DNA of 63,994 bases, counting the filler, from Jimgerdemannia flammicorona (Eukaryota): NCBI GenBank assembly GCA_003990765.1. It is 3 parts of 3 records of this genome, joined end to end, with 100 filler letters (N's around TTAATTAATTAA, not from the genome) between each part and the next. Parts side by side here need not be neighbours in the genome. Positions count along the whole stretch, not along the records: positions 42,750 to 63,994 come from RBNJ01001497.1; 2 more parts are not named here. One strand, 5' to 3'. Of the stretch, positions 48,698 to 61,850 are shown piece after piece (the stretch's first letter is position 1; every line of letters starts with the position of its first letter). A program made the translations under genes and the position numbers. Under the pieces are notes generated by a model. The model was not told the origin of the DNA, did not search any database, and worked only from the letters and a program-made list of their open reading frames with translations.

Positions 48698-50902
48698 ACT
48701 TAGTGCCTATTGGCTGGTGATTCTAGACAATCCCTCACTTTCAAGCTGAAAAATGAATAATCACCACAACAACTACTCTGACTACAAGAGTTACCCCTGC
48801 AAGAATTCAAGACAAGATAGAAATATGTTCCCCCACATTTTTTAGATATACTACTAAAGAGTCAATCCTGACCTTCATTGAAGACTTTGAACAATTCACC
48901 ACTGTATAAGCCCTTGGTGTAGATGCACAATTGGCTCTTCTATCAGTCAGCCTCAGAGGACCTGCCAGGGATAAGTTCAATGTAGCCACTATTACTAATA
49001 ATGGTGCAGCCAAACTTGCCAACATGAAGGCCTTTCTCAGAACAATATACTATACTGAAGAGATCAAGCAAGCTCTCAAGGAACAACTCAATACTATCTG
49101 CCAGAGACTCAGTGAAGATCCCAACTCATTCTATATCTGAATCTGTTACCAGATTGTCTTGGCTGACTATGATGACTACCTCAAGGAACAAACAGTGGAT
49201 TCAACCTTCCTCAAAGGAGTTTACTCTGAAATTGTCCTAGCAATCTGGTCTACCACAGCTGCACTGACCCTTGATCAGAAAGTGGTCTTTGCATAGAGAT
49301 ATTGGACTGCCAGACATCCTGCCAAACACTTAATGAAGAAAATAACCAGCATCAAGATGGAGCCATCAAAGCCAACTAGTATTATACCTGCCATAGTTGT
49401 AAATAGACAACCATCCCCACCTACCCCCAAGACAACCAAAGCTGACCCAGTGGAGGAACTTGCCAAGCAGTTCACTGAGATGACTGCATACCTTAGTGAT
49501 GTTGTTATAGAAGTCCAAAGTACCAACAGAAGACCAGTGCAGAGATTTGCAGCTGCTACAGAAGAATGTAATATCATATACTTCAGATGTGGAGAAGAAG
49601 GCCACTATGCAAAGAATTGCATGACCAAAATAAGACATACAGCCCAACTAAGCAATGTTTACAAAACCAGAGAACAAACCAATACAGTAGTTATCAAGGA
49701 GATTGGTGATACTGATGATGAAGAATACTATAAAGAGCTTGAATTCTACCCTGCTACTGAAGGTACCAGAACCTGGTCCAAGCCCTATGATAAGAAGAGC
49801 AACAGCAAGCCAGTTGGGAGACCAAAGAAGACCCCAGCTGTCACTATTCAAAGTAAGACTCAACCTGAGGAGATTGATCAAGATATGGAGTTAGATAAAG
49901 CTATCTACCAAATCATTGAAGGTACTACTCCAGTCTCAGGAGAAAGTGAAAGCAAGAAGGAATAGAAGCTGCACAAGACCAAGATCCACCAGTATGATAT
50001 CTATAAGGACCTCAAGGAACAGAAGGTCAATGCTACTTTTGGACAACTAGCTGAAGTCTCTGCCTTCAGACAGCAGTTGAGAGTAAGACTTGCAACTACT
50101 GCTAAGAATCAAGAGTACAATATTGTAGAAGCTCACAATGCACAGAAAGAATCAGAAGACTTAGGTGAAGAATCTGAAGACCAGTGCAAGATATCAGCCT
50201 ATACCCCATATCAGATCGAAGATTGTATCTTTGATACCATTATTGATACTAGTGCTGGAGGATGTCTCATGAGTAAGAAGACAATTGACCACCTAGGCTG
50301 GGACATTGAAGAGTCTACCAAGATAGTCTATATTACAGCAGATGATATATGAGCTATCCCTCTTGGCAAAATCTGAGAAGTCCCCATCAAGATAGAAGAG
50401 CTACCATCCCAGTAGATGTGATTATTACAAGCACCACCAACTATGACATCCTCATTGGCAACCAATGGCTTCACAAGGCCAAGGCCATCATTGACCTCAA
50501 TGCCCAGAAGATGCAGATCAACTATAGAGGAAGAAAGGTATGAGTCTCTATCAATGTCTACAAAAGAGTCCTACCAGACATGGAGAAAGGAGATGAAGAG
50601 GACACAGAAGTCTTTATGCACTCAGTGAACAAGAACAAGAACAAGACACTCAAGCTCACAGATGAGCAGTGGTACAACAAGATTATTGATAGCTATGCCC
50701 CTCAAGGAAGATGTCCCCATGGTCTAGAATGTACTGCTCTAAACACCTGAATGACTGCTGGTCCTGTATCAGTGAAGTCAGAAAAATCTGCCAACAGAAA
50801 CATGAGTAAGAAGCCACTGAAGCAAAAAGGAAAGCTGAAGAAGATGACCAGCCCCCTGAGCTTTAAGTCAACAGTAATGATGAGGAGGAACAAGAATCAG
50901 AC

Positions 50903-51319
50903 ATCACCCTCAAGGTCAAGAAGTTTCACTCTAAAGCCAAGATTCCAGAATACAAGACTAAAGGAGCCATAGGAATAGACCTTGCCAGCATTCAAGATGC
51001 TACCCTCAAACCACAGACCACTACCCTACTTGGCACCAGAATTGGAGTCAAGCTACCAGAGAACCATACCAGAATTATCAAGACCAGAAGCAGTCTGGCC
51101 AAAAGTGAAATCTCAGTTGAAGGAGGAGTAATTGACTCTGATTACACTGGTGAGATCTTTCTCATAATCAGAAATTACAACTCCACTACCCCATTCAAAA
51201 TCAAGAAACATGACAGGATTGGCCAGATGCTGATCTACAAAATCAAAAAGCCCAAGATCACTGAAGCCATCAAACTCATCAAGACTAAGAGAGAAGAACA
51301 AGGCTTTGGATCTACTGGA
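50903..51319 (+). CDS. dUTPase domain of Gypsy B pol, stop-free and in frame with RT
   Basis: All five trimeric dUTPase motifs: GAIGIDL, TRSSLA, GGVIDSDYTGEI, DRIGQM, REEQGFGSTG. Confidence 0.93.
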
Positions 51320-54300
51320 AGAGGAGCCTATGCCACCACCAAGATTACCAAACTTGAGTACAAGAATGACAGAGATCAGAATAAGCACACATATACCATT
51401 GGAGAAAACTTTCCCCTGGAAGAACAATTCCTTAAGATCCTGTACCAGAATGAAGGAGTACTTGCTACAGACTTCAGAGATATCCACAATCAAGAACCCA
51501 AGTACTACCATGAAGTTGACACTGGTGATACCAAGCCCATCTATCAAAAAGCCAGATCTATGCCACCTGCCTACAGAGAATGGTTGCAAGCAGAACTTAA
51601 GGAAATGGAAGAAGTCAGAATCATCAAGCAAGCTATCAGTCCCTGGGCTTCACCTATTGTCCTTGCCCTGAAGAAAGGAAGCAAGCTTGGAGAGTTTGTA
51701 CTAAGACTCTGCATTGACTACAGGAAGCTCAATACAATTACTAAGAAGAATAGGCAGCCCTTGCCAAATATTCAAGAAATCCTTATCACTCTTGGAAGCA
51801 AAGCCAAATACTACACCACCTTGAATCTGTTCTCAGGCTTCCATCAGATTGGTCTCACTCAAGATGCCAGTGAGAAATCAGCCTTCATCACACCTGATAC
51901 CACCTATATCTACCTGCAAATACTATTTGAAATGTGCAAATGATGAACAGAGTCTTTAGTAACAAGATTGGAAAATGGCTCTTTGTCTATGTTGATGATA
52001 TAATCATCTTCAGCAACACTGCACAGAAATATGTCAATCATATACAGCTAGCCCTCAAGAAGCTCAAGGAGTATAGCCTCTACATCAAGCCCAAGAAATA
52101 TAAGTTTGCAGCTCAGGAAATTGCCTACCTAGGATACCTCATCAACCAGACTGGAATCTACACAGACCCCATAAATATTGAGGCTGTTGTAGTCTACCCA
52201 AGACCCAGAATAGCTACAGAAGTCCATGCCTTCCTTGGACTGACCAGCTACTATAGAAGATTCATCAAAGGATACTCCAACATTGCAGCATCTATCTATG
52301 AGCTACTGAAGAAGGAAACCAAATTTGAATAGACTAAGAAATGCCAAAAAACCTTCAATGAACTCAAAACCAGATTGATCCAAGCACCTATCCTCAGAAG
52401 ACCAGATTGGAGTCTAGAATTTATCCTGCAGATAGATGTAAGTGCTATAGAACTTAGAGTAGTCCTAGTTCAGAAGAAAGATAGACATGAATATATCATC
52501 TCCTATATAAGCCAAGGTACCTATAGAGTAGAACAGAACTATGAGTCATGCAAGCTTGAATGCTTAGCAGTAGTTTGGGCAGTAGACAAGTTCTACTACT
52601 ACCTAGCTGGAAAACACTTCACTGTTCAAACAGACCATTCTGCTCCTGGCTATTCCACACTCTGAACCCCAAAGGAATATATGCCAGATAGATCTACAGG
52701 CTGCAAGAGTATGACTGTACTATCAAGCACTGCTCAGGAAGAACCAACACCAATACTGATGTACTCTCAAAGATATCCCAAAACACTCCAATCAAGACTA
52801 TTCAACATGAATAAGGAGCTATACTATGGATTAATCAGCTATCTTGGGCAGCAGAAGATGCCTAATCATCTTGAACTCTAGACAATCACTATCATCAACT
52901 GGACTTGGAAACAGTTTGAACTAGACAACACTATACTCAGAAAAGAAGAAAAACTAGTAATACCTGAATACAAGAAGTATCAAGTAATAAAGGAAGTATA
53001 CAAGTAAGGATACTTAGGAGGAACCAATACATACAACAAGGCAAGAAGAACTATATAGTGGCTCAAAATAGAAGAAGATCTGTACCAATTTGTCAAAGAG
53101 TGTGACAAGTGCCAAAAACAGAAATAAGATCAGCAAGACCAGATATCCGGGTCATCAAGAATTGAACCTATCCCCTTCCACCACATCACAATGAATATCA
53201 TTGGACCACTACCAGTAACACTATCAGGAAACTGCTATATTATAGTTATTGTAAACCTCTTTATGAAATAGATAGAAGTAGGAGTATTACAAGAAGCTAA
53301 TGCCCTCTCTATAGTCAACTTCCTGTACTGAGAAATCATATACCACTATAAGACACCAAAGCAAATTACAACAGATCATGGCACTAAATTTATCAATGGA
53401 TTCCATGAGATAATATATCAGAAATACAAGATTCAGTATATCAAGACTACCACATACCACCCTCAAGGAAATGGACAGATAGAGAGAACCAACAAGACCC
53501 TCAAGAACATTCTGGTGAAGATCTCAGAGATATATGAGAATTGGGATAACTATACCAACTGCCCTCTCTGTCCTATAAGATATATAGTCACAGAGTACAC
53601 ACTTTACCCCAAGAGAACTGCTCTTCAGAGATGAAGATTCTGATGGAACCTCAGCCACAAATCTAGACCTAACTTGGAGATGGGTTGATGCAGAAATCCA
53701 GAGACTACACCAAATCAGAAAGAAGGCTGAAGATTATATCATCAAGTCACAAGTACTGATAAGGAAAAATGCAGAAAAGAATCACAAGACCCTAGAACCC
53801 ATCCAAATTGGAGAAAAGGTCCTACTGTATTGAAATATGATAGAAGTCTCATAATCATAAAAACTGGAGCCCAAATGGAAAGAACTCTTCTATATGTAAG
53901 ATTTCAAGAGAACTACCTTCTAACTTAGAAAAATCTTAGAGACCATACTGCCTACTATAGTACATAGGAACAGACTTAAGAAGTACTATGAACCTATATT
54001 AGAGAAGTAAAATGTAATGACCATCTGCGAGGTTCTAGTCTATGAATCATAACAGCATATCCCATGACCAGCAGACTATCTGTCTGGACCATTCTCTAAA
54101 GGATACAGTACCAGCAATTACTCATCCATAAGACTTTCAAAGCCAGAGGAGTTTGAACTATCAACTGATTAATCAAGATCAGAATCAGGCCCTTGCTCTA
54201 TATGAAGGGAGCAACTCTTTACCATCACACCAAAATATAAAGAGAAGATGCTAGCCTATAAATATCCCTTTTCAACCTCTTGCCAGAGGTTATAGGATCA

Positions 54301-54365
54301 GCAAATTTTTCAGCACTGGACTAACGAATAAGGATGCTTGAGAAGATCTTTATTCAGGAGGAAGA

Positions 54366-55902
54366 TATAATGGTAACCCCAGAATGATGACATCAGTATA
54401 AGAGACAGCCTTTTCTTGTAAGCCACTAGATCAAAGTACAAGAAAGATCATATGGCATATAAGATGAGCAATAATGACCAACTGTGAGTCATTGTAACCA
54501 TAGTATCAGTATCTTGAGGAATATAAAAGAAGAATTAAGGAACTATAATAGTTACAACCAACAAGACCCACCAATCCCAAAATAGCTCAAAGACTTACCA
54601 CAAATAAAATGCCTGCTGCTCACTAAACCTCAAGGTCAAGGAACCACCAAGGTACCTTAGTTGAAGAAAGGATGTTCCAAGACATCAGAAGAGCCATGAG
54701 GATCTGCTCAAGAAGGACTCCTAGTATCAACCTGGGTACTGGTGACCCTTATTATTATATTATCTACTGCTATGAAATAGAAACAAGGATCACTATTGCT
54801 ACTAAATGGCTCCAAATGTGGTAGGAGTACCAAATAGAAAACCTCCTCTGCCAGGAGTTCCCACAGACCAGTACTCAAGAGCTACAAGATATCACTCCTA
54901 TGGATATATATGAAACAAGGATAGCTAAGATCTATCAGATCTTCAGGTATATACCATAGTCACTCCCAACTTAGAGTATGTTAGAGTCTCAGATTTCAGA
55001 GATCTGTCAGCCCACACTAGAAGCCAGGGTGGCTATAGAAGCTCAGTCTACTATCACTCTTGACAGTGACAAAATAAAAGACTTCTGGCATCTCATCCTC
55101 CAGGACAACTCAGATCAATTTCTATAAGGATTGATCTCAGTATTCTAAGGCCCAAGCATTTAGATTAGATCTCTCCAAGACCCCACATTTGTTCTCTATT
55201 TTATAGAAGAGCCTTGTTCCTACCACTACTGCTGCCAAATGTGATGATGTCATCAGTGATGATGTCATCCCATGTGACATATGTAAAACATATGATATAT
55301 GCAAAGCACATGATATATGCAAAATGCATGACCTATGTGACAATGATGAATTTGCAGACCTCATCTCCTTTGAAGACATTCTGATCTCTGATGAGAATGA
55401 AGCCCCTATGGTCTTGAACATTTTGCTCTAAAAAAAAGTCCTTTGGTTATACTGAATAATGCCAGCACTGACATTCTGATGTGACATCAAATAATGCCAG
55501 CACCAGTATTCTAAGGTAACACTGAATTATACTAGCATCTTGAACCTGTATAACCATCAGTGCTGACCCTAGAACTTAGCAGTTTTTCCTGTTCTGGTAT
55601 TTTATTTTAGTTATTGGAATTTATATTTAGCTTTATATCTTAGCAACTATTGAATTATATTTTGTATAAATACTCCTCTTATTTCCTTTGAAACAAAGTC
55701 AGTTCTGGTTCACTTACATACAATCTCTTGCAAGCAATCTAAGAGATAACAAGATAGTTTAAAGATAAGAAGTTTGAGAACTATAAGACCTTAGGAAGGT
55801 ACTCCAATCAGAACTTGCTTATAACAAACTTAAGTTAGTCTAAGAGATATACCTTGAAGAGAATCTGGTATATTTGAAGGACTTAGTAACTACTACATAA
55901 CA
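54366..55902 (+). repeat. Gypsy B 3' LTR
   Basis: Direct repeat of 47119-48697, preceded by PPT, ends ...ACATAACA. Confidence 0.92.
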
Positions 55903-58048
55903 ATATATATTTGATACTCTTTACATTTTTTATTTCAAAATTTCAGAACTTTTAATACATTATATAACTTTTAGATAGTAAATAAATACTTATAAATATC
56001 AATAATTATTTTTATAATTAAGTTCTTATATATATATAATCTAAAAGACTCTAGTATATATATAAGTTAGTCTTATTTTAATCTTAAAAAGAAAATAAAT
56101 CTCAAAATATCTCTAAACTCTATCTATTTATAATAATAGAGTTATTAACTAAATTTGATCTTTATTAAAAAGAGAACTTAAATTAATCATATACTATATT
56201 TAAGTAAACCTCTAGCTTTAAGGATTAAGTATATATAAGAATAGCTTTAAAGATTGAGCTTTTAGAAAATCAGACTTAGTAAAGATATTATTTTTTAAAT
56301 ATTCTCCTATATATATCTAATTAAGAATATTATAAGTAAAATATTAGATTTTTGAATACTTTCAGATATTATTAGAATTTATATCTTAATTTTATAATAA
56401 TCTTATAAAATTGGAAATATTTTTAATTTAGTATTATTAAATTTACTAATTTTTTAATATTTAGATAATATATAAATATGACAATTTCAATATGAATATA
56501 CTAATTTCTAATTTTATTAAAATAATAATATTGTAATGTACCTAGCTCAATGGAGGCAAATTACAAGATTAGTGATTGATATAGTTTGGCTTGAGCCCAC
56601 AGTTACTTTATTAAAAGTAACAAAATGTTTTAAGATTCCTAAGATCCTTAGTGGTGTTTAGTAGTACAATAGTCAAAACTGGATATCTGCAAGTGATTTG
56701 TGTGTTGATTTCCTAATTGGGACAGTTCTCTGGGTATAGCAGAATGGGTTTTCTTCTTAGATCAACTAGAAATTGATGGAGTTTTGTGTATAGTATGATG
56801 ATCTCTGTATAGTGCGATGATCTCTGTATATGATAGTCTGTCAATTTAGCAGTTCTTCTTCTTGGGTGGTAGGTGATCTCTGTGTGATAATCTTGTATAG
56901 CACAACCAGGTTCCTTATATAAGATAATCTGGCAATTTGGCAGATAACTCAATTTGACACAGATCTCCTTAAATCAGTGGGCTTCTAGGAATAATAACTC
57001 AGATGGTGTAGATAATTCAAATAACTGGGAATAATACTGATGGCAGATTCTTCACTAGGAACAAATAAATAACTCAGCTATTGCAGATTCTTTCTGAATT
57101 AGCAGCTTCAACTGAGAATGTGATAGATAACTTAGAAATAGCAGATGATATGGATTCTTTCTAAATCAGTAGCTCTCTGGGAATACTACTCAGGTGGTGC
57201 AGATTCTTCCTGAATTAGTGGCTTCAACTGAGAAATAACTTGGATTCTTGGCAAGTTATATCTAGACTGGCTTTGTTTATACAAATTGATCACTACAAAG
57301 TTATGTCAAGGGACTGGCTTATGGTAAGAATAGGCAGGCTCTCTGGGAATGTGATGAATAACTCAAAGGGTAGTAAAGTTCTCCTTGAACTTGGTAACAA
57401 ACTCGGATTCTTCAGGCTTAGTCTAGCAAGCATACCAATAGCACAGCTTATTCCTTAAGCAGTAGATTCTTCAGACTTAGTCTGATAAGCATACTAATAG
57501 TATAGCTTATTTCTTAAGTAGCAGGTTCTTCAGGCTTAGTCTGGTAAGCATATCAATAATTCCAAAGATAGTGAAGTTCTTCACTCAAACTTGGGGGCAA
57601 AATCTTTAAGCTTTGTATTGGAAAGTAGACTGAAGTAGAAAGGAGACCAATGCTCAATCTTTAGAGGCTTCTTTGGTATTTGTATTTCAGACTGAGGTTT
57701 ATTCACTCTTATCTCTGGGGTAATTTATATAGTTGTAGTTACTTTCTGGTTGCTATGTGGCTAACTATAGATTGCTATCTATGGCAAGTATGCAGGTCTT
57801 GTATAGGTGTATAGATCTTGCACAGGTGTGTAGGTCTTACATGGGTGTATAGATCTTACACAGGTATATAGGCCTTGCACAGGTATACCTTATCTGGTAG
57901 TCTGGCTATTTATATAGCTTTCTGTAGCAATGGCTGCTGACTACTATACTATGTGTTCATGTTATCTAGCTAAGTTATAATTTGGGTGGTACATTCTGGT
58001 TTGTCACATCAGTCCCCACTAATAAATGGTCTGTCCTCAGACTATCCT

Positions 58049-58570
58049 TTAGTTATCATTCCAGTATGGGTAAGTATCTTCTGTATCAATATCTGTTCTA
58101 TCATCTTTGTCATCTATATTATAGTCGCTCCATTCTAAGGGTTCTTCTTCTTCTTCTGGAAATAGGATTTTGACAGCATTAGTGATGCTCAGATAGGTGG
58201 CCAAGTTCATTCTGTATACATCCCACCAGGAGAATTGTACTTGTAACAAGGCTGCAGGGTTACATTTGTAAAGAGTATAGAGCCTATCTATAGCAGTGAC
58301 ATCTCTTCTTGATAGTCCTGTAGTACTTCAGATATATACTTGTTCTGAGACTAAAAGGTTCTGCAATTGTTCTCCAATTGTATAATGGGCCTAGAGTTGG
58401 TGGACCTGTAGCAATCATCTGATCAGGACAAGATTCACTTGATAAATCTGGATCTTCTGGAGAGTATTTCCATTGATTTCTCAGAATTGGGGTAGGGGAA
58501 CAGGCAGTGATTGGAATGAGCTGAGGACAAGAGTTTGAAGGTAGTTATCAACTCTCTGATTTATGAAAAA
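58049..58570 (-). pseudogene. Extra ORF (ORF3) between integrase and PPT in Gypsy A, ~170 codons, acidic C-terminus, unknown function
   Basis: Single frame with four stops (3 TGA, 1 TAG); C-terminal ~50 aa conserved at protein level in A1 (7950-8105). Confidence 0.7.
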
Positions 58571-61434
58571 GGTATATCTTGAGGTGATTGATGTGCACTG
58601 GTATCTTCAGAGTTCATCTATTCATACTTCTTAAATAGATACTGGTTCCTCTGATGTTGTATACAAGATCCTTCCCATTTGAGTTCCAATTTGGTGGCAA
58701 AATTTGTTTCAATCATGCTTCTCCAAACTAGTACTTGATCTCCAATCTTGACCTTCTGGTCCTTCTGTTTATAGTTATAGTACTTCCTTTGTCTTTCTTG
58801 GGCTTTGATAATCTGACCTTAAGCTTAATTATGTAACTGTTCTGCCTTCTTGAGGAGGTCTCCAAGATTCTCATGGTCAGCAGTTCTGGTTTTCTTAGCA
58901 AACATCATTTCAAATGGCTTTTGTTTGGTGGAGACAGCAGGGGTGTTCCAAACTTTCCATAGAATCTCAGATAAGCAGAGGTCCCAATTGGTAGGATTGA
59001 CTTGGGCAAGTTCTTTCTTGATGGTCTGGTTCATTCTTTCTGTCATACCATTGGTCTGAGGGTGGTATAATATAGTCCATTTGAGGTGGATCTTGTGAAT
59101 TCAGGCATAACTTATGATTATATTATTGATAAATTCTGTGTCTCAGTCAGAGATAAGTTCTTCTGAGGGTCCATATCTGAGTGTAAGTCTATGGAGAAGG
59201 CCTACAATGGTTAAAGCATCTACAATTTCCATTGGGAAAGCCTCAGGCTACTTGATAAGATGTTTCACGAATACAAGGATGTATTTGTTCTCCTTGGTAT
59301 AACTGGTAGAGGTCCAATTACATCTATTCCCCATCTCTGAAGGATGTTGTCTAGTGGTGTAATTGGTTGTAGTGATGCTTGATAGTTCTTTCTTCCTTAA
59401 TATTTCTGGCAGGTGTTATATTTCTTAAGTATGTCCCAGACTTATGTTCTGAGGTTGGACCAATGTTGGTATATTGTTCACAGCTTTTTTTCTATATTTA
59501 CCTGTCCCTGGTGGGCTTTCTGATGTTCTTTTCAGATAAGATCTTCTTGTGCCTTAATGGTCTGAGGAGCTTCTTTTAGGATATAGTTTCTTAGGACACC
59601 CTTCTTCTGGTTCATTAGGGCTGACAGGAAAGTACATCAATATTGTTGTGAGCTTTCCCTGCTTTGTGGATGATGGTGATCTTGTAATCCTAAAGGATAA
59701 GAATCCAGCAGGCTAGAATTCTGGTAGGTTCCTTATGGTTGAATTGCCATTTGAGGGCTGCATGATCTGTGATCAGAGTGAACCTTTTTCTGATGAGATA
59801 GTGCTTGAACAGGGTGACTGCCCATATAACTACAAGGCATTTCAGTTTAGTGCTACCATAGTTCATCTGCTGCTAATTGGTATCTCTCTTGCATAAGCTA
59901 TCATATAGTGTTGTTGGTCAGGTCCTTCTTAGGCTAGAACTGCTCTAAGGCCATCTTTAGAAACATCTGTATACAAGATAAATGGCTTCTGTAGATTGGG
60001 GTGCACAAGAATTGGTGCTGTAGTCATGCAGTTCTTGAGTTCTTTGAAGGCTTTTTCTTGTGATTCTGTCCATTTGAATGATACTCCTTTCTAGAGAAGG
60101 ACTTGGATTGGGGCAGCAATTTGGACAAAGTTCTTGATAAACCTTCTGTAGTAGAATACTAGCATCAAGAATAATAATGTTTCCTTTGGGGTTTTGGATG
60201 CTGGCCAATTGTTGATCTTTTTGGTTTTCTTTGGGTCTGTATGAGTTTCTTCTTTTAAAACTATGAATCTAAGGAATTTGAGTTTCTGTTTCCCAAAGTA
60301 GCATTTCTTTGCATTTAGTCTCAAGTGGTTCTGGTGGGTGAGCTCAAAGAATTCCTCTAGGTAGTGTAGGTGTTCTTCGAAATTTGCTAAATAGATGTTG
60401 AAATTGTCCATATATACAATCAGACAGTAGTGGATCAAGGGAGTATAGACTGAATTCATCATTCTCTGAAAGGTGGGAGGGTATATTACAAAGTCCAAAG
60501 GATATTCAGAGGTATTCAAACAGTTTCCCTAAAGCAAGAAAGGCTGTCTTTTGAATGTCTTTGGGGTCCATAGAGATCATGTAGAATCCTGCAAAGAGGT
60601 CCATACTGCTGAAGTATCTGGTATCTTATAACTGATCCAAAAGATCATCAATTCTGGGCAAAGGATAGGTATCTTTTTCAGTAACTAAATTGAGTTTTCT
60701 GTAATCCACACAAAGTCTCTATCCTCCTTTCTTTGGTACAATAAGTATAGGACTGGCCCAGGGGCTGGTAGAGGGCCAGATGACTCCATTGTCTAAGAGT
60801 TCTTGAATGTGCTCCTTTTCGAATGTTTTCAAGTAATGGGGTATTCTATAGGGTTTATGCCAGATGGGTATTGCATTTCCTGTATTTATGCTATAGTGAT
60901 ATAATGGGTTATATAGCAGGTTGCCATAATTAGTGGTGAAGATATCTTGATATTTGCTGAGAAGTTCTACTAGTTGTTGCTGTTGTTGGGCTGTCAATTC
61001 TTCTCCAATATTGGTGGAAGGCTTCACTGTCTCCTGGGTCGCAGAGGGGCCTTTCCTTTCTTCTGAGACCTTTTGCCATTTCCCAATAGGTTTAGTTCAT
61101 AAACTTCTCTATGAGTTCAGTTGAGAAAAGGCACCAGATGTCCTATGATGGTTCCTTTGGGCAAGATAATAGTCTCTCAACTTTGGTTGGTTCCTCAGGA
61201 GTGCACTGGGTTCATCTTGTCAGAGAAGGTGTGTCCTTCTATATTCAGGTATAGGATATCTTCATTTGGTTTGAAGAAAAGGTTTCTGAAGTCAAATGGT
61301 GCAAAGATTTTGAAGGTGGTTTGTTCTCCAGGCTCTAGAATGAGATTCTTATGCAGTTTGACTGGTTGGCAGTACACTTGCTGGAGAACATTCCTCTTGA
61401 GGTAGTTGACCTGAAGGAGATATACTTCCTTCTT

Positions 61435-61850
61435 ATCTGAGCTCTCAAATCCTTTGGCTTGTCTTGTTTCTTTAGTTAATTCAGAGACTTCCTGTAATTG
61501 TGGGGTCTTGATCTTCATTAAGACTGCTTGGGTAATCTTCTGTCCTCTAATGATTCAGTGCCATTCTGTACTACTGTTATATAGAATGACCTTGATTTCA
61601 CCTGTATATCCTGGGTCAATAGTTCCTCCTTCTATGGTTATTTCTTATCTGGAAAGTCCAGACCTTGAGGTTAGTTAGATGTAAGCTCCTTGGGGTGGCT
61701 GTATGGCTAATCCAGATCTGATCATGAAGGTTTTTCCAGGCTTGATAGATTCATCCTCCAGACTGTAAAGATCACATCCTATATCCTCTGGGTGGGCTTT
61801 GGTCAGGAGTTTGGCCTTAGGATGCAGCAGGACATACTGGGCAATATCTC
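61435..61850 (-). pseudogene. dUTPase domain of Gypsy A pol (three in-frame stops)
   Basis: DIGCDLYS, TSRSGLS, GGTIDPGYTGEI, QKITQ, RQAKGFESS. Confidence 0.9.

Larger units (their letters stand above)
47119..55902 (+). mobile_element. Full-length Ty3/Gypsy family B element: LTR-gag-PR-dUTPase-RT-RNaseH-IN-LTR, decayed
   Basis: LTRs 47119-~48697 and 54366-55902; ATAT on both flanks; PBS-like TAGTGCC ~48701; PPT AGGAGGAAGA 54356-54365; knuckle (Y)FRCGEEGHYAKNC; IIDTSAG; PWASPIVL, LCIDYRKLN, YVDD; RNaseH ECLAVVWAV...TDH; IN IIGPLP, TDHG, HPQGNGQIERTNKTLK. Confidence 0.96.

Noticed and set aside
55903..56531. Very AT-rich spacers (also 13180-13675, 19230-19710) as regulatory or centromeric DNA
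   Set aside because: Most simply terminally decayed repeats; no independent structure seen
58049..58570. env gene call for ORF3
   Set aside because: Too short, with no visible signal peptide, cleavage site or transmembrane segment
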